Shown one piece after another: positions 41,068 to 53,952 of a stretch of DNA of 64,000 nucleotides. Positions within the stretch are counted from its first letter, which is position 1, and every line of letters starts with the position of its first letter. Under the pieces are notes generated by a model that saw only the letters and a list, made by a program, of their open reading frames with translations, was not told the origin of the DNA and did not search any database. The translations under genes were made by a program, and so were the position numbers. The DNA comes from Isurus oxyrinchus (taxonomy: Eukaryota): contig JANJGN010000022.1 in the NCBI GenBank assembly GCA_026770705.1, positions 3,038,001-3,102,000 of the forward strand, given 5' to 3'.

Positions 41068-43295
41068 GTGAGAGAGGGAGACAGAGACTCAGAGAGAGAG
41101 AGGGACTCAGAGAGAGAGAGAGAGAGACTCAGAGAGACAGAGAGACTCAGAGAGAGAGAGAGAGAGAGAGACTCAGAGAGACAGAGAGAGACTCAGAGAG
41201 ACAGAGAGACTCAGAGAGAGAGAGAGAGAGACTCAGAGAGACTNNNNNNNNNNNNNNNNNNNNNNNNNNNNNNNNNNNNNNNNNNNNNNNNNNNNNNNNN
41301 NNNNNNNNNNNNNNNNNNNNNNNNNNNNNNNNNNNNNNNNNNNNNNNNNNNNNNNNNNNNNNNNNNNNNNNNNNNNNNNNNNNNNNNNNNNGAGAGAGAG
41401 ACAGAGACACTCAGAGAGAGAGAGAGACTCAGAGAGAGAGAGAGAGAGAGAGACTCAGAGAGAGAGAGAGAGAGACTCAGAGAGACAGAGAGACTCAGAG
41501 AGAGAGACAGAGAGACTCAGAGAGACAGAGAGAGACTCAGAGAGACAGAGANNNNNNNNNNNNNNNNNNNNNNNNNNNNNNNNNNNNNNNNNNNNNNNNN
41601 NNNNNNNNNNNNNNNNNNNNNNNNNNNNNNNNNNNNNNNNNNNNNNNNNNNNNNNNNNNNNNNNNNNNNNNNNNNNNNNNNNNNNNNNNNNNNNNNNNNN
41701 NNNNNNNNNNNNNNNNNNNNNNNNNNNNNNNNNNNNNNNNNNNNNNNNNNNNNNNNNNNNNNNNNNNNNNNNNNNNNNNNNNNNNNNNNNNNNNNNNNNN
41801 NNNNNNNNNNNNNNNNNNNNNNNNNNNNNNNNNNNNNNNNNNNNNNNNNNNNNNNNNNNNNNNNNNNNNNNNNNNNNNNNNNNNNNNNNNNNNNNNNNNN
41901 NNNNNNNNNNNNNNNNNNNNNNNNNNNNNNNNNNNCTCAGAGAGAGAGGGAGAGAGACTCAGAGAGANNNNNNNNNNNNNNNNNNNNNNNNNNNNNNNNN
42001 NNNNNNNNNNNNNNNNNNNNNNNNNNNNNNNNNNNNNNNNNNNNNNNNNNNNNNNNNNNNNNNNNNNNNNNNNNNNNNNNNNNNNNNNNNNNNNNNNNNN
42101 NNNNNNNNNNNNNNNNNNNNNNNNNNNNNNNNNNNNNNNNNNNNNNNNNNNNNNNNNNNNNNNNNNNNNNNNNNNNNNNNNNNNNNNNNNNNNNNNNNNN
42201 NNNNNNNNNNNNNNNNNNNNNNNNNNNNNNNNNNNNNNNNNNNNNNNNNNNNNNNNNNNNNNNNNNNNNNNNNNNNNNNNNNNNNNNNNNNNNNNNNNNN
42301 NNNNNNNNNNNNNNNNNNNNNNNNNNNNNNNNNNNNNNNNNNNNNNNNNNNNNNNNNNNNNNNNNNNNNNNNNNNNNNNNNNNNNNNNNNNNNNNNNNNN
42401 NNNNNNCNNNNNNNNNNNNNNNNNNNNNNNNNNNNNNNNNNNNNNNNNNNNNNNNNNNNNNNNNNNNNNNNNNNNNNNNNNNNNNNNNNNNNNNNNNNNN
42501 NNNNNNNNNNNNNNNNNNNNNNNNNNNNNNNNNNNNNNNNNNNNNNNNNNNNNNNNNNNNNNNNNNNNNNNNNNNNNNNNNNNNNNNNNNNNNNNNNNNN
42601 NNNNNNNNNNNNNNNNNNNNNNNNNNNNNNNNNNNNNNNNNNNNNNNNNNNNNNNNNNNNNNNNNNNNNNNNNNNNNNNNNNNNNNNNNNNNNNNNNNNN
42701 NNNNNNNNNNNNNNNNNNNNNNNNNNNNNNNNNNNNNNNNNNNNNNNNNNNNNNNNNNNNNNNNNNNNNNNNNNNNNNNNNNNNNNNNNNNNNNNNNNNN
42801 NNNNNNNNNNNNNNNNNNNNNNNNNNNNNNNNNNNNNNNNNNNNNNNNNNNNNNNNNNNNNNNNNNNNNNNNNNNNNNNNNNNNNNNNNNNNNNNNNNNN
42901 NNNNNNNNNNNNNNNNNNNNNNNNNNNNNNNNNNNNNNNNNNNNNNNNNNNNNNNNNNNNNNNNNNNNNNNNNNNNNNNNNNNNNNNNNNNNNNNNNNNN
43001 NNNNNNNNNNNNNNNNNNNNNNNNNNNNNNNNNNNNNNNNNNNNNNNNNNNNNNNNNNNNNNNNNNNNNNNNNNNNNNNNNNNNNNNNNNNNNNNNNNNN
43101 NNNNNNNNNNNNNNNNNNNNNNNNNNNNNNNNNNNNNNNNNNNNNNNNNNNNNNNNNNNNNNNNNNNNNNNNNNNNNNNNNNNNNNNNNNNNNNNNNNCT
43201 CAGAGAGAGAGACTCAGAGAGAGAGACTCAGAGAGAGAGACTCAGAGAGAGAGACTCAGAGAGAGAGAGAGAGAGAGAGAGACTCAGAGAGAGAT
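41068..43295 (+). repeat. GA-rich microsatellite (GAGACTCA/GAGA) with large N gaps
   Basis: Visible; mostly unresolved assembly. Confidence 0.95.
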
Positions 43296-43899
43296 ACACG
43301 CACAGTTCACAGTTGGGCTAAAAAGGTTAAAACAGAAAGTTAGAAGGATGGGTAGCACACACTTGGGTGAAAAACACTGTTTTGTGTTTAAAAAAAGCCC
43401 TTTTGAAAATGTTGGATTAGATCAGTTTGCTGTTGGTTTCAGTAAATGGTCCTTGTTGTCACACACTGCACTGTATCCAGCCTGCACAGAGACCCAGAGT
43501 TTGCACAACACATCCTGCACTCTCTGCGCATAGGCCAGAACTTAATGCCAAGGAATTTTGGTCTAATGGCACTGCCTCTTACTCACCCCCATGCTGTGCA
43601 CAGTCCCTTCACCTAGCGCCACAGTGACTGATGTTTATGGCTCCCAATGGACCTGGCCAGTCAGAGACTTGTGCAGAGGGGCTGTAAGTGTCAGCCGAGT
43701 CCAAGCTGGAAGTCAGTGTTACCCGCACACACGCACATTCTGTGGTTCAAGGGGTTTGTGACGGGACTGATCAGTTCCCTCACAGAACTAAGACACAGCA
43801 TTAATGCCACCGGGTGAATGAATGGTGTGTTACTCTGAGCCACTCGTATCTGACACCATTGATTTTGAGAATGTCCCCAAGTGTTGCCCAGTTTTTAAA

Positions 43900-46610
43900 A
43901 ATATTTGTTTGTTGGATTTGGGCATCGCTGACTGGCCAGAATTTATTTCCCATCCCTAATTGTCCTTAAGATGGTGGTGAGCGCTTTCTTGAACCGCTGC
44001 AGTCTGTGCAGTGTAGATACACCCAAAGTGCTGCTAGGGAGGGAGTTCCAGGATTTTGATCCAATGACAGTGACAATGAAGGAACGCGATATATTACAAA
44101 TCAGGATGGTGAGTGGCTTGGCAGGAACTTCCAGGTGGTGGTGTCCCCATTATCTATTGTCCTTTTCCGTCTAGGTGGTAGAGGTCAAGGGTTTGGAAGA
44201 TGCTGTCAAAGGAGCCTTGGTGAGTTCCTGCAGTGCATCTTGTAGATGGTACACACACTGCTGCTACCTTATAGAGTCATAGAGGTTATAGCCCAGAAAA
44301 AGGCCCTTCAGCCCATCATGTCTGCGCCGGTCAAACAAGTACCTAACTATTCTAATCCCATTTTCCAGTACTAGGCCCATAGCCTTGTATGCCATGGCAT
44401 TGCAAGTGCACATCCAAATACTTCTTAAATGTTTTGAGGGTTTCTGCCTCTACCACCCTTTCAGGCAGTGAGTTCCAGATTCCCACTACCCTCTGGGTGA
44501 AAAAAATTCTTCCTCACATCCCCTCTAAACCTTCTGCCCATTACCTTTAACTTATGCCCCCTGTTTATTGACCCCCTCCACCAAGTGGAAATGTTTCTTC
44601 CTGTCTACCCTATCTATGCCCCTCATTATGTTATACACCTCAATCATGTCCCCCCTCAATCTCCTCTGCTCCAGGGAAAATAACCCCAGTCTATCCAATT
44701 TCTCCTCATAACTAAAGCCCTCCAGCCCAGTACATCAGTACAAAAGATAAGGCTGAAGCATTGGCAACAATCTTCAGCCAGAAGTGCTGAGTGGATGATC
44801 CATCTCAGCCTCCTCCGGAGGTCCCCCAGCATTACAGATGCCAGTCTTCATCCAATTTGATTCACTCCATGTGATATCAGGAAATGGCTGAAGGCACTGG
44901 ATACTGCCAAGGCTATGGGCCCTGACAATATTCCAGCAATAGTACTGAAGACTTGTGCTCCAAGAACCAGCCACACCCTAGTCAAGCTGTTCCAGTACAG
45001 CTACAGCACTGGCATCTACTCAGCAATGTGGAAAATTGCCTGGGTGTGTCCCGCCCACAAAAGCAGGACAAATCCAATCTGGCCAATTACCACCCCATTG
45101 GTCTACTCTCGATCATGAGCAAAGTGATGGAACGTGCCATCAAGCGGCACTAACTCAGCAATAACCTGCTCACTGACGCTCAGTTTAGGGTCTTCCAGGA
45201 CCACTCAGCCCCTGACCTCATTACAGCCTTTAACATGGACAAAAGAGCTGAATTGCAGAGGTGAGGTTAGTGACTGCCCTTGACCGAGTGTAGCATCAGA
45301 GAGCCCTAGCAAAACTGAAGTCAATGGGAATTGGGGAAAACTATACATTGGCTGGAGTCATACCAAGCACCAAGGAAGATGGTTGTGGTTGTTGGACGTC
45401 AGTCATCTCAGCTCCAGGACATCACTGCAGGAGTTCCTCAGGGTAGTGTCCTTGGCCCAACCATCTTCAGCTGCTTCATCAATGACCTTCCTTCCATCAT
45501 AAGGTCAGAAGTTTGGTGAAGATTGCACAATGTTCAGCAGCACTCGTGACTCCTCAGATACTGAAGCAGTTCACGTCCACATGCAGCAAGACCCGGACAA
45601 CATTCAGACTTGGGCTGATAAGTGCTAAGTAACACTGGTGCACACAAGTGTCAAGCAATGACCATACAACAAGAGCGAATCTAACCATCTTCCCTTGACA
45701 TTCAATAGCACTACCATCGCTGAATCCCTCACTATCAATATCCTGGGGATTACCATTTACCAGAAACCGAACTGGACTAGCCACATAAATACTGTGGCTA
45801 CAAGAACAGGTCAGAGGCTAGGAATTCTGTGGTGAGTAACTCACCTCGTGAGTCACCGAAACATGTCCACCATCTACAAGGCACAAGTCAGGAGTGTGAT
45901 GGAATACTCCCCACTTGCCTGGATGAGTGCAGCTCCAGCAACACTCAATAAGCTCAACACCATCCAGGACAAAGCAGCCCACTTGATTGGCACCTCATCC
46001 AACACCTTCAACATTCGCTCCCTCCACCACCAGCACACAGTATTAAAAGTAGATAAATCTCCAGGCCCGGATGAAATTCATCCCAGGCTGTTGAGTGAGG
46101 CCAGGGAGGAGATAGCAGGGGTGCTGGCAATAATTTTCTATATCTCTCTGGCCACGGGAGGAGTGCTAGAGGACTGGAGGACAGCCAATGTGGTAACGTT
46201 ATTCAAGAAAGGAGGATAGGATAAACCTGGGAACTACAGACCAGTCAGTCTAACCTCAGTGGTGAGGAAACTATTGGAAGCAATTCTGAGGGATTAATCT
46301 GTAGAATTAGTCTACACTTGGAGAGGCAGGGATTAATCAAGGACAGTCAGCATGGTTTTGTTCAGGGGAGGTTCTAATTGAATTTTTCAAAGAGGTGACC
46401 AGGTGTGTAGATGAGGGCAATGTATTTGACGTAATCTACCTGGACTTCAGCAAGGCTTCTGATAAGGTCCTGCATAGGAGACTGATGACGAAGGTAAGAG
46501 CTGATGGGATCCAAAGCAATTTGGCAAATTGGATCCAGAATTGGCTGAGTGGCAGGAAGCAGAGGGTGATGGTTCAGAGGTGTTTTTGTGACTGGATACC
46601 TGTGTCCAGT
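43900..46610. mobile_element. Nested, partly inverted CR1/L2-clade LINE fragments
   Basis: AGVPQGSVLGPTIF, KSPGPDEIHPRLL, YLDFSKASDKV. Confidence 0.85.
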
Positions 46611-46729
46611 GTGATAGGCAGAGCACCTTTTTGGCTCGATGGCAGCATCCTGTTAGTGGTGAATACCACTTGTGTTGCTACTGCATAGTAGCAGCATGAA
46701 GGGTAATCAGAGGTAGACTGGGCGCTTTT

Positions 46730-47620
46730 CAGGGCTGAAAGTGACAGCCTTAGGCCCATGAGTTTGTGTGATATACAGCACAAAATGGTCTGATCAGGGT
46801 AGCCATTATCCTGCAGGATGCCTTTGATGCCCCTATTTCAGTATCAAGCTTACATGGTGAACAAATGGTTCAGGTCCTATTAATAAGGTTGCCGATAAGA
46901 CCGATCGTATGTGTGGAACTGTTAAGAATCCCAACGCATATATTGACCAGTAAAGGTCAGCTTGTGGTAGACCGTGGTAGAGAACCCCCTGATGGATTTC
47001 TCAACTACTGCATCAAGGAAGGGGAGTTAATTTGACTGCTCCATTTCAATGGTGAATTTGAGCACAGTATAGAACCCCATTCAGACATGTAAAGAAATTA
47101 TTACATGCAGCTGTGGATTTAAATATAACAAATGTATCATATACATATCGGAAATATGCGAGGGGTAGGAAGTTAGGTGTCATTTCATTGAAGATACATT
47201 TCTCATGGAACCCAACAAAGATATTTGCGAGAGCTGGCCTAGAGGGGATCCCATGACAGCACCATCTCATTGGGCAATCATAGTGTCATGAAAACTGAAC
47301 TCAACTGCGTGAGTTGCCGAGTTCATAAGTTCAATGAATACCGATTCACACAATGGTGGTGGGTCTAGATCACCGTGATATAGTGCCGCAGCGTAAATAT
47401 CTATGTCTTCCTTAAGTGGGGACATTGGTGAATAGGCTAGCAATGTCAAATGAGCACATGGACACAGCATTGCTATCGATATGCAAGTCCTGTATGGTCT
47501 TCGCAAATGTGAAGGAATCCTTCACCCTGTATCAGGAAAACTCGCTCAAAACTGGTTGTAACAATTGGCCCAACTATTTGGCCAATTCACGTTATGCAGA
47601 ACTAGTCATGGGTAAGATGA
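46730..47620 (-). mobile_element. Decayed Penelope-like RT fragment
   Basis: LANIFVGFHE and AYFRYVYDTFVIF, in broken frames. Confidence 0.65.
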
Positions 47621-48822
47621 GTGCAAGACAGAAAGCTTCAACAAAAAAAATCTCTTTTTACAGCAATACTCGAGTATTGACTGTCAGGCTGTTGGTTGAC
47701 TAGCCCATGGGACAGCTCTCCCAATTGTGGCACAAGCCCCCAGATGTTCCCCCGCCCCCCCACCCCCTCCAAGACCAGAGCCAGTTTTCCTCATCCCAAG
47801 TTAATACAATGTATTAAATGCCATAAAACAATGTACAAAGTACAATTTCTGGAGCTAGTTTCTGCTGTTTGACTTATCTGTGACACACATGGGTGTGCGT
47901 GTTATAATCCCCATTTTACAGGACCGGGGATTAGACTTGGGGGTAGATAGATCTACATGGCTCCATTTCACCTCAGACTTACCTAATACACAAAGGGACT
48001 GTGGGCAGAAAAGAGTGTCACAGCATTAGCACCAATTCTCCAAACCACACTCATTCTGAGTGTAACTTTGCTAAAAATTCACATGCGTTGGGCCTGTGCT
48101 GTGGGGTGCTTGAGTTCTGGATGCTGATATAATGAGCATATCCCTCAGACACAGTGGCTGGGCAGAGTGAGGTAGGTGGGCGTGCAGGGGGTTCACTGTC
48201 TGGGGTATAGCCTGGCTGGAGAAGGTACATGTCATGACACCAAGCTGATTGTCAGTATGTTAAATTAACAGACAACAAAAAGAAATGTGAGATACACCAT
48301 TCCACAGCCTCACATTTTCTCCAGTTACTTCACAGCTAGAAAGTGATGGTCACATTCAGACTACAATGAGTAACTTTGTGTTGGCAGAGAATAGAAGGTG
48401 ATTCACAAACACTGACAACACCAAACCAAGCAAAATTATGCAAAAGAGAAACACAAGCAAACGTGAGGGAGCCTCAGTGTCAGCCACATTACTGAATTTG
48501 ATTTTTAGAAGAGACATGATCACATTAGTGTGTCCCTGATTGCATCTCTAATATGTTAATCCAGCTCCCCCACACTGTCATTCAGTAATCCCTCTCCCCA
48601 GAGCACCCTGTGTTACTGAGTGTATCGCTACTTATGTTAATCCGGCTCAATCATTCCCCAGAATTAGGAGTAGAGTTTGTCAATTTGAATTGGAATTCGT
48701 TGTCACTTTGAGACGCTCTGACAGTGAGGCTCCCTCTTCCAAAAAGAATAAACTTTTGGCCGTTCCATCATCCTTTGCACCAGTGTGTCCGTAAGAAAAT
48801 GGAGAGGTGACTCAGGAGATAC

Positions 48823-49134
48823 CTGTACGAAGAAGTACACAATGGCCAGTGGCACGATAAGCAGAGTGAACCACGGGGTACTGGCTGTTACTACTATCAT
48901 GGTGGATAGGGAGACAAAAAAACGTCATGAGGAACATCTGGAAAGTCAGCGGAATCACTTCATCAATCACGTTCACGTCCTTGCCGAAGCGATTGATGAT
49001 GCGTCCAATGGGTGTGGTGTCAAAGAATGCCTGCGGTGTGTGTAACTTGTTGTCCAGGAGCCGTGCGTGGAGCTGTTGAGCAGCCCCCAGGCCTCCAAAT
49101 GCCAATGTGAAGGAGGAGGTCATAACTAGGATCC
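48823..49134 (-). CDS. ABCC3: ABCC3 exon 23 paralogue A, canonical-like (GILVMTSSFTLAFGG...FFDTTPIGRIINRFGKDVNVIDEVIP...VYFFVQ); apparent +1 frameshift in an A7 run
   Basis: cacag|GG acceptor, CAG|gtatct donor; 312 nt as written, in frame at 311 nt if run 48916-48922 is A6. Confidence 0.9.
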
Positions 49135-49224
49135 CTGTGATGGAAACATAATGCAGTTCCAGAGTGGAGGTTAGCACACAGACTACACATCGCAGTCCCA
49201 GCCCCCTCCAATGCAAACCCCATC

Positions 49225-49830
49225 TTGCCCCCACCAACCTTACACCTACCCTGCCACCCCAGCCCTCCCCCACCAACCCCTCCCCGCTACCCCTCCCCCA
49301 CCAACCCCTCCCCACTACCCGTCCCCCACCATCACCGCTACCCACCCCCCACCAACCCCTCCCTGCTACCCCTCCCCCACCAACCCCTCCCCGCTACCCC
49401 TCCCCCACCATCACCCCTACCCATCCCCCAGCAATCCCTCCCCGCTACCCCTCCCCCACCATCCCCCGCCAACCCCTCCCCCACCATCCCCGCTACCCCT
49501 CCCCCACCATCCCCGCTACCCCTCCCCCCACCATCCCCGCTACCCCTCCCCCACCATCCCCGCTACCCCTCCCCCCACCATCCCCGCCAACCCCTCCCCC
49601 ACCATTCCCGCTACCCCTCCCCCACCATCCCCGCCAATCCATCCCCGCCAATCCCTCCCCCGCCAACCCCTCCCCCACCATCCCTGCCAACCCCTCCCCC
49701 ACCATCCCCGCCAACCCCTCCCCCACCATCCCCACCAATCCCTCCCCCACCATCCCCGCTACCCCTCCCCCACCATTCCCGCTACCCCTCCCCCACCATC
49801 CCCGCTACCCCTCCTCCACCATCCCCTCCT
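49225..49830 (+). repeat. C-rich ~23-bp minisatellite (CCCCGCTACCCCTCCCCCACCAT); G-rich on the ABCC3 transcript
   Basis: Visible tandem units; explains the Pro-rich ORFs. Confidence 0.92.
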
Positions 49831-50313
49831 GTGGAGTCAGTTAACCGAGGGGCGTTGAAGATGTCAGTCAACCAATTAGATAGGTGAACCTTGAAGGGAT
49901 TAACACTAGAGTCAGATTCATTGCAGTTCAGTGAAGGTATGGGCATGAACCAAAACCTTTCGCTAAAAATTGGGAAAAAGTGTTTTAAAAAAATAGTAAT
50001 TTATTTTAGCAATGTTTAGGAACCAGAATTATGATGTTCAGTTGTCAGATTCACAAACGCTGACATTTGCAGCTTAAAGCTACTGTCCAAAGCACCTTCT
50101 AGCACTGAAGTCTAGAGATTTTCGCAAATCTGTGAGGAACTCCCCCTCCCTTTAACTATTGGGTGATAAAATTATTTGTTTTACATATGCCAAACTCCCG
50201 ATTGGTGCAGACCACCCCGGCCCTGTCTATTTCACTAGCAGCAAGTTCTACCAGCTGCTAATGAGTATCTTCCCTCCTCCTGGTATGGTTTCCAGGTGTA
50301 AGTTGGGCCTTAC

Positions 50314-50521
50314 CTTGTGTGAAGCCAAGTGCCGCGTACACTCCTACCCGCATGTACGTTTGGTGCTGTGTCCCGTTGACGACAGGGTCGTTGGTCCAGG
50401 CGCTTAGCCAGAAGCTGGCACCAATCGCTGCAGCATTCTGGCAGCAGTACAGGATACAAATCACAACAGAGATGAAGGGACCGACTGCCTTCAAGTACTG
50501 CCAGAACACAATCAACTTAAC
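50314..50521 (-). CDS. ABCC3: ABCC3 exon 22 (VKLIVFWQYLKAVG...FWLSAWTNDP...RVGVYAALGFTQ; TM12 to start of TM13)
   Basis: 208 nt, ends in phase 1 (CAA G|gtaagg). Confidence 0.95.
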
Positions 50522-51387
50522 CTGCCGTGGAAACACAGGCTCAGTCACCCACCATTCTTTGGGCCAATTGCTCGTTTATGCGTATGCTCCCGCTCCCCAT
50601 CCCACCTCCTGCCAGCACGGCTGAGACCAAGCACTTACTTCCGTAATCCATTATTTTAACAGTCCCCACAGTGCTGTGTAGCTCAATCCTCACATCATTC
50701 CATGTCTCCAATCTCCAAGAAGGATACGCTGAAAGGAGGCTTGTGTAGAGCACAAACACCAGCAGTGACCAGTTGGGTCAGTTGGCCTGTTTCTGTGCTG
50801 TAGTTTCAATGTCATTTTGCTTCAATGTCACCCAGGAATAATTACCCTCACTCCTGACTTAGTTTCCTCTACTATCCTTCCATTTGAGCGATACCCACCG
50901 TTCCTTATTTTAAATATCAGGTACAGTCATTGTTCTGTTACTGCACTAATAATCCAGAAAACAAGAGTTCAAATCCCACCATTGGACTTTTGGAATATGA
51001 ATTCAGTTCTTAAAAATCTGGAAGTAATAAATATTGCTTTCAGTAGAAGTTTTTAACAAAGTTGGCAGATTGTCGTAAAAACCCACCTGATTCACTGATG
51101 TCCTTAGAGAAGGAAACCTGTTGTCCTTACCCGGTCTGGCCTGGATGTGACTCCAGACCCACAGCAATAAATGCTGGCCTTGCCAGTGATGCCCACGTCC
51201 TGAGCTGAATATGTGGAGCCTTGAGTCAGTTACTGTGGCCAGGCAATTACCCACAGACAAAGAGAGAACTCCTGAGGAAGTGCTGTGTGTCCACTACTGA
51301 CACCTCTACTCCACTGTGGGGAGCGGCATGTGAACACAGCAGCCAAGAGTGACGGGAATCAGGACTGTCTACATTGTGTGAGCTTAC

Positions 51388-51541
51388 CCTCCCGGTTTCT
51401 GCCGTCTCAGCCTGGATCAGGTCCTTTGATACATTCTTTGGCTTTGGAGCACTCTCTGCCACCTTCTTCTTCTCACTCAGGCGCTTCCTTGTGGATTTCC
51501 TTGTGGATGCCTCTCCATCGGAAGAGATCACACTGATTTGT
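51388..51541 (-). CDS. ABCC3: ABCC3 exon 21 (QISVISSDGE...DLIQAETAETGR)
   Basis: 154 nt, atcag|...AGG|gtaagc. Confidence 0.92.
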
Positions 51542-52371
51542 CTGATATCGGAGGAAGAGCAAACAGAATTAGGAAACTGTTGCCTTGGATCAGTCAGTGA
51601 GGGAACACAACAATGGCATAAATCTCAGCATGTCACAGGCTTGGTAAAGATGACAGATTTCCTTCCCTAAAAGTACATTCGTGAACCTGATGGGTTTTTA
51701 CAAAAAAAAAGATAATAATTGTCATAGTGACCATTACTGAGGCTAGCTTTATAGTCCAGATTTTATATCTAAATTCCACCAGCTGCCATAATGGGATTTG
51801 AACCCATGTCCCCACAGCATTAGCCTGGGCCTCTGGATTATTGGTCCAGTGACATTACCACTATGCCACCATTTCTCTATGCATGGCCTTAAAAGGTCCC
51901 ACAGCTCTATTTCAAAGAGCAGGGGAGTTATCCTGTATTACAGGCAACATACAACACTGAAATACAACTTCAAAAATTGCTGGGAAAACTCAGCCAGTCT
52001 GACAGCATCTGTGGAAAGACAGAGTTAACATTTTGAGTCTGACTTGTCTTCAGAACCAAAGAGAAGTAGAAATGAGGCGAAATATATACTGTTTAAGGGG
52101 TGGGACAGGTGAAGCTGGATAGAAGGCCAGTGATAGGTGGAGGCAAAGGAGAGATTGTGAAAGATGTCATAAACAAAGGTCAAAGGGGTGTTGATGGTGG
52201 TGATATTAGCTAAAGGAGGTGCTGATGGTGACATTAAGAGTAGAAAGCAGGATGAGCAAGTGACAGATGGTCCTAGTGGGGGTGGGGTGGGAACGGTGTG
52301 GGAGGAAAGATCGAAATAGGCAAAAAGGTGGGGACCAAACAATGATTGGAAATAAATTTAAAACTTTAAAC

Positions 52372-53930
52372 CATAAGACCATAAGACATAGGAGCAGAAA
52401 TTAGGCCATTCAGCCCATCGAGTCTGCTCCGCCATTCAATCATGGCTGATAAGTTTCTCAACCCCATTCTCCCACCTTCTCCCTGTAACCTTTGATCCCC
52501 TTACCAATCAAGAACCTATCTATCTCGGTCTTAAATACACTCAATGACCTGACCTCCACAGCCTTCTGTGACAATGAATTCCATAGATTCACCACTCTCT
52601 GGCTAAAGAAGTTTCTCCTCATCTCTGTTCTAAAAGGTCTTCCCTTTACTCTGAGACTGTGCCATCGGGTCCTAGTCTCTCCTACTAATGGAAACATCTT
52701 CCCCACGTCCACTCTATCCAGGTCTTTCAGTATTCTGTAAGTTTCAATCAGATCCCCCCCTCATCCTTCTAAACTCCATCGAGTATAGACCCAGAGTCCT
52801 CAAACGTTCCTCATATGTTAAGCCTTTCATTCCTGGGATCGTTCTCGTGAACCTCCTCTGGACCCTCTCCAGGGCCAGAACATCCTTCCTGAGATACGGG
52901 GCCCAAAATTGCTCACAATATTCTAAATGTGGTCTGATCAGAGCCTTATAAAGCCTCAGCAGCACATCCCTGCTTTTATATTCTAGTCCTCTTGAAATAA
53001 ATGCCAACATTGCATTTGCCTTCCTAACTACCGACTCAACCTGCAAGTTAACCTTAAGGGAATCCTGGACTAGGACTCCCAAGTCCCTTGGCACTCCAGA
53101 TTTCTGAATTCTCTCCCCATTTAGAAAATAGTCTATGCCTCTATTCTCCCTACCAAAGTGCATGACCTCACACTTGCCCATGTTGTATTCCATCTGCCGC
53201 TTCTTTGCCCATTCACCGAACCTGTCCAAATCCTTCTGCAGCCTCCCCGCCTCCTCAATAGTACCTGTCCCTCCACCTATCTTTGTATCATCTGCAAACT
53301 TAGCCAGGATGCCCTCAGTTCCTTCATCTAGATCATTAATGTATAAAGTGAAAAGTTGTGGGTCCCAACACTGACCCCTGCAGAACTCCACTAGTCACCG
53401 GCCGCCATCCTGAGAAGGACCCCCTTATCCCCACTCTCTGCCTCCTGCCAGTCAGCCAATCTTCTATCCATGCTAGTACCTTGCCTCTAACACCATGGGC
53501 TCTTATCTTACTGAGCAGCCTCCTGTGCGGGCACCTTGTCAAAGGCCTTCTGGAAGTCCAAGTAGATAACATCCATTGACTCTCCTTTGTCTAACCTACT
53601 CGTTACCTCCTCAAAGAATTCTAACAGATTTGTCAGGCATGATCTCCCCTTGATGAAACCATGCTGACTTTGCCCTATTTTACCATGCACTTCCAAGTAT
53701 TCTGAAATCTCATCCTTAATAATGGACTCTAAAATCTTACCAACGACCGAGGTCAGGCTAATTGGCCTGAAATTTCCTGTCTTTTGCCTCACTCCCTTTT
53801 TAAACAGGGGGGTTACATTAGTGATTTTCCAGCCCTCTGGGACCCTCCCTGACTCCAGTGATTCCTGAAAGATCACCAATAACGCCTCCACTATCTCTTC
53901 AGCTATCTCCTTCAGAACTCTGGGGTGTAT
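52372..53930 (-). mobile_element. Relatively intact CR1 LINE ORF2 3' half
   Basis: NFRPISLTSVVGK, YLDFQKAFDKVP, AKFADDTK, FFSQRVVNLWN; tandem TCTTATG-type tail. Confidence 0.93.
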
Positions 53931-53952
53931 TTCACCACATTTTTCCTTCTTT

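Noticed and set aside
41026-43533. 835- and 759-aa ORFs
   Set aside because: GA microsatellite plus N gaps.
43587-43681. Exon-like minus-strand segment (tacag|...|gtgagt) between 23A and 23B, considered as a fourth alternative exon
   Set aside because: Stops in all three frames and no MRP similarity.
49164-49887. Extensin-like Pro-rich ORFs in three frames
   Set aside because: C-rich minisatellite.
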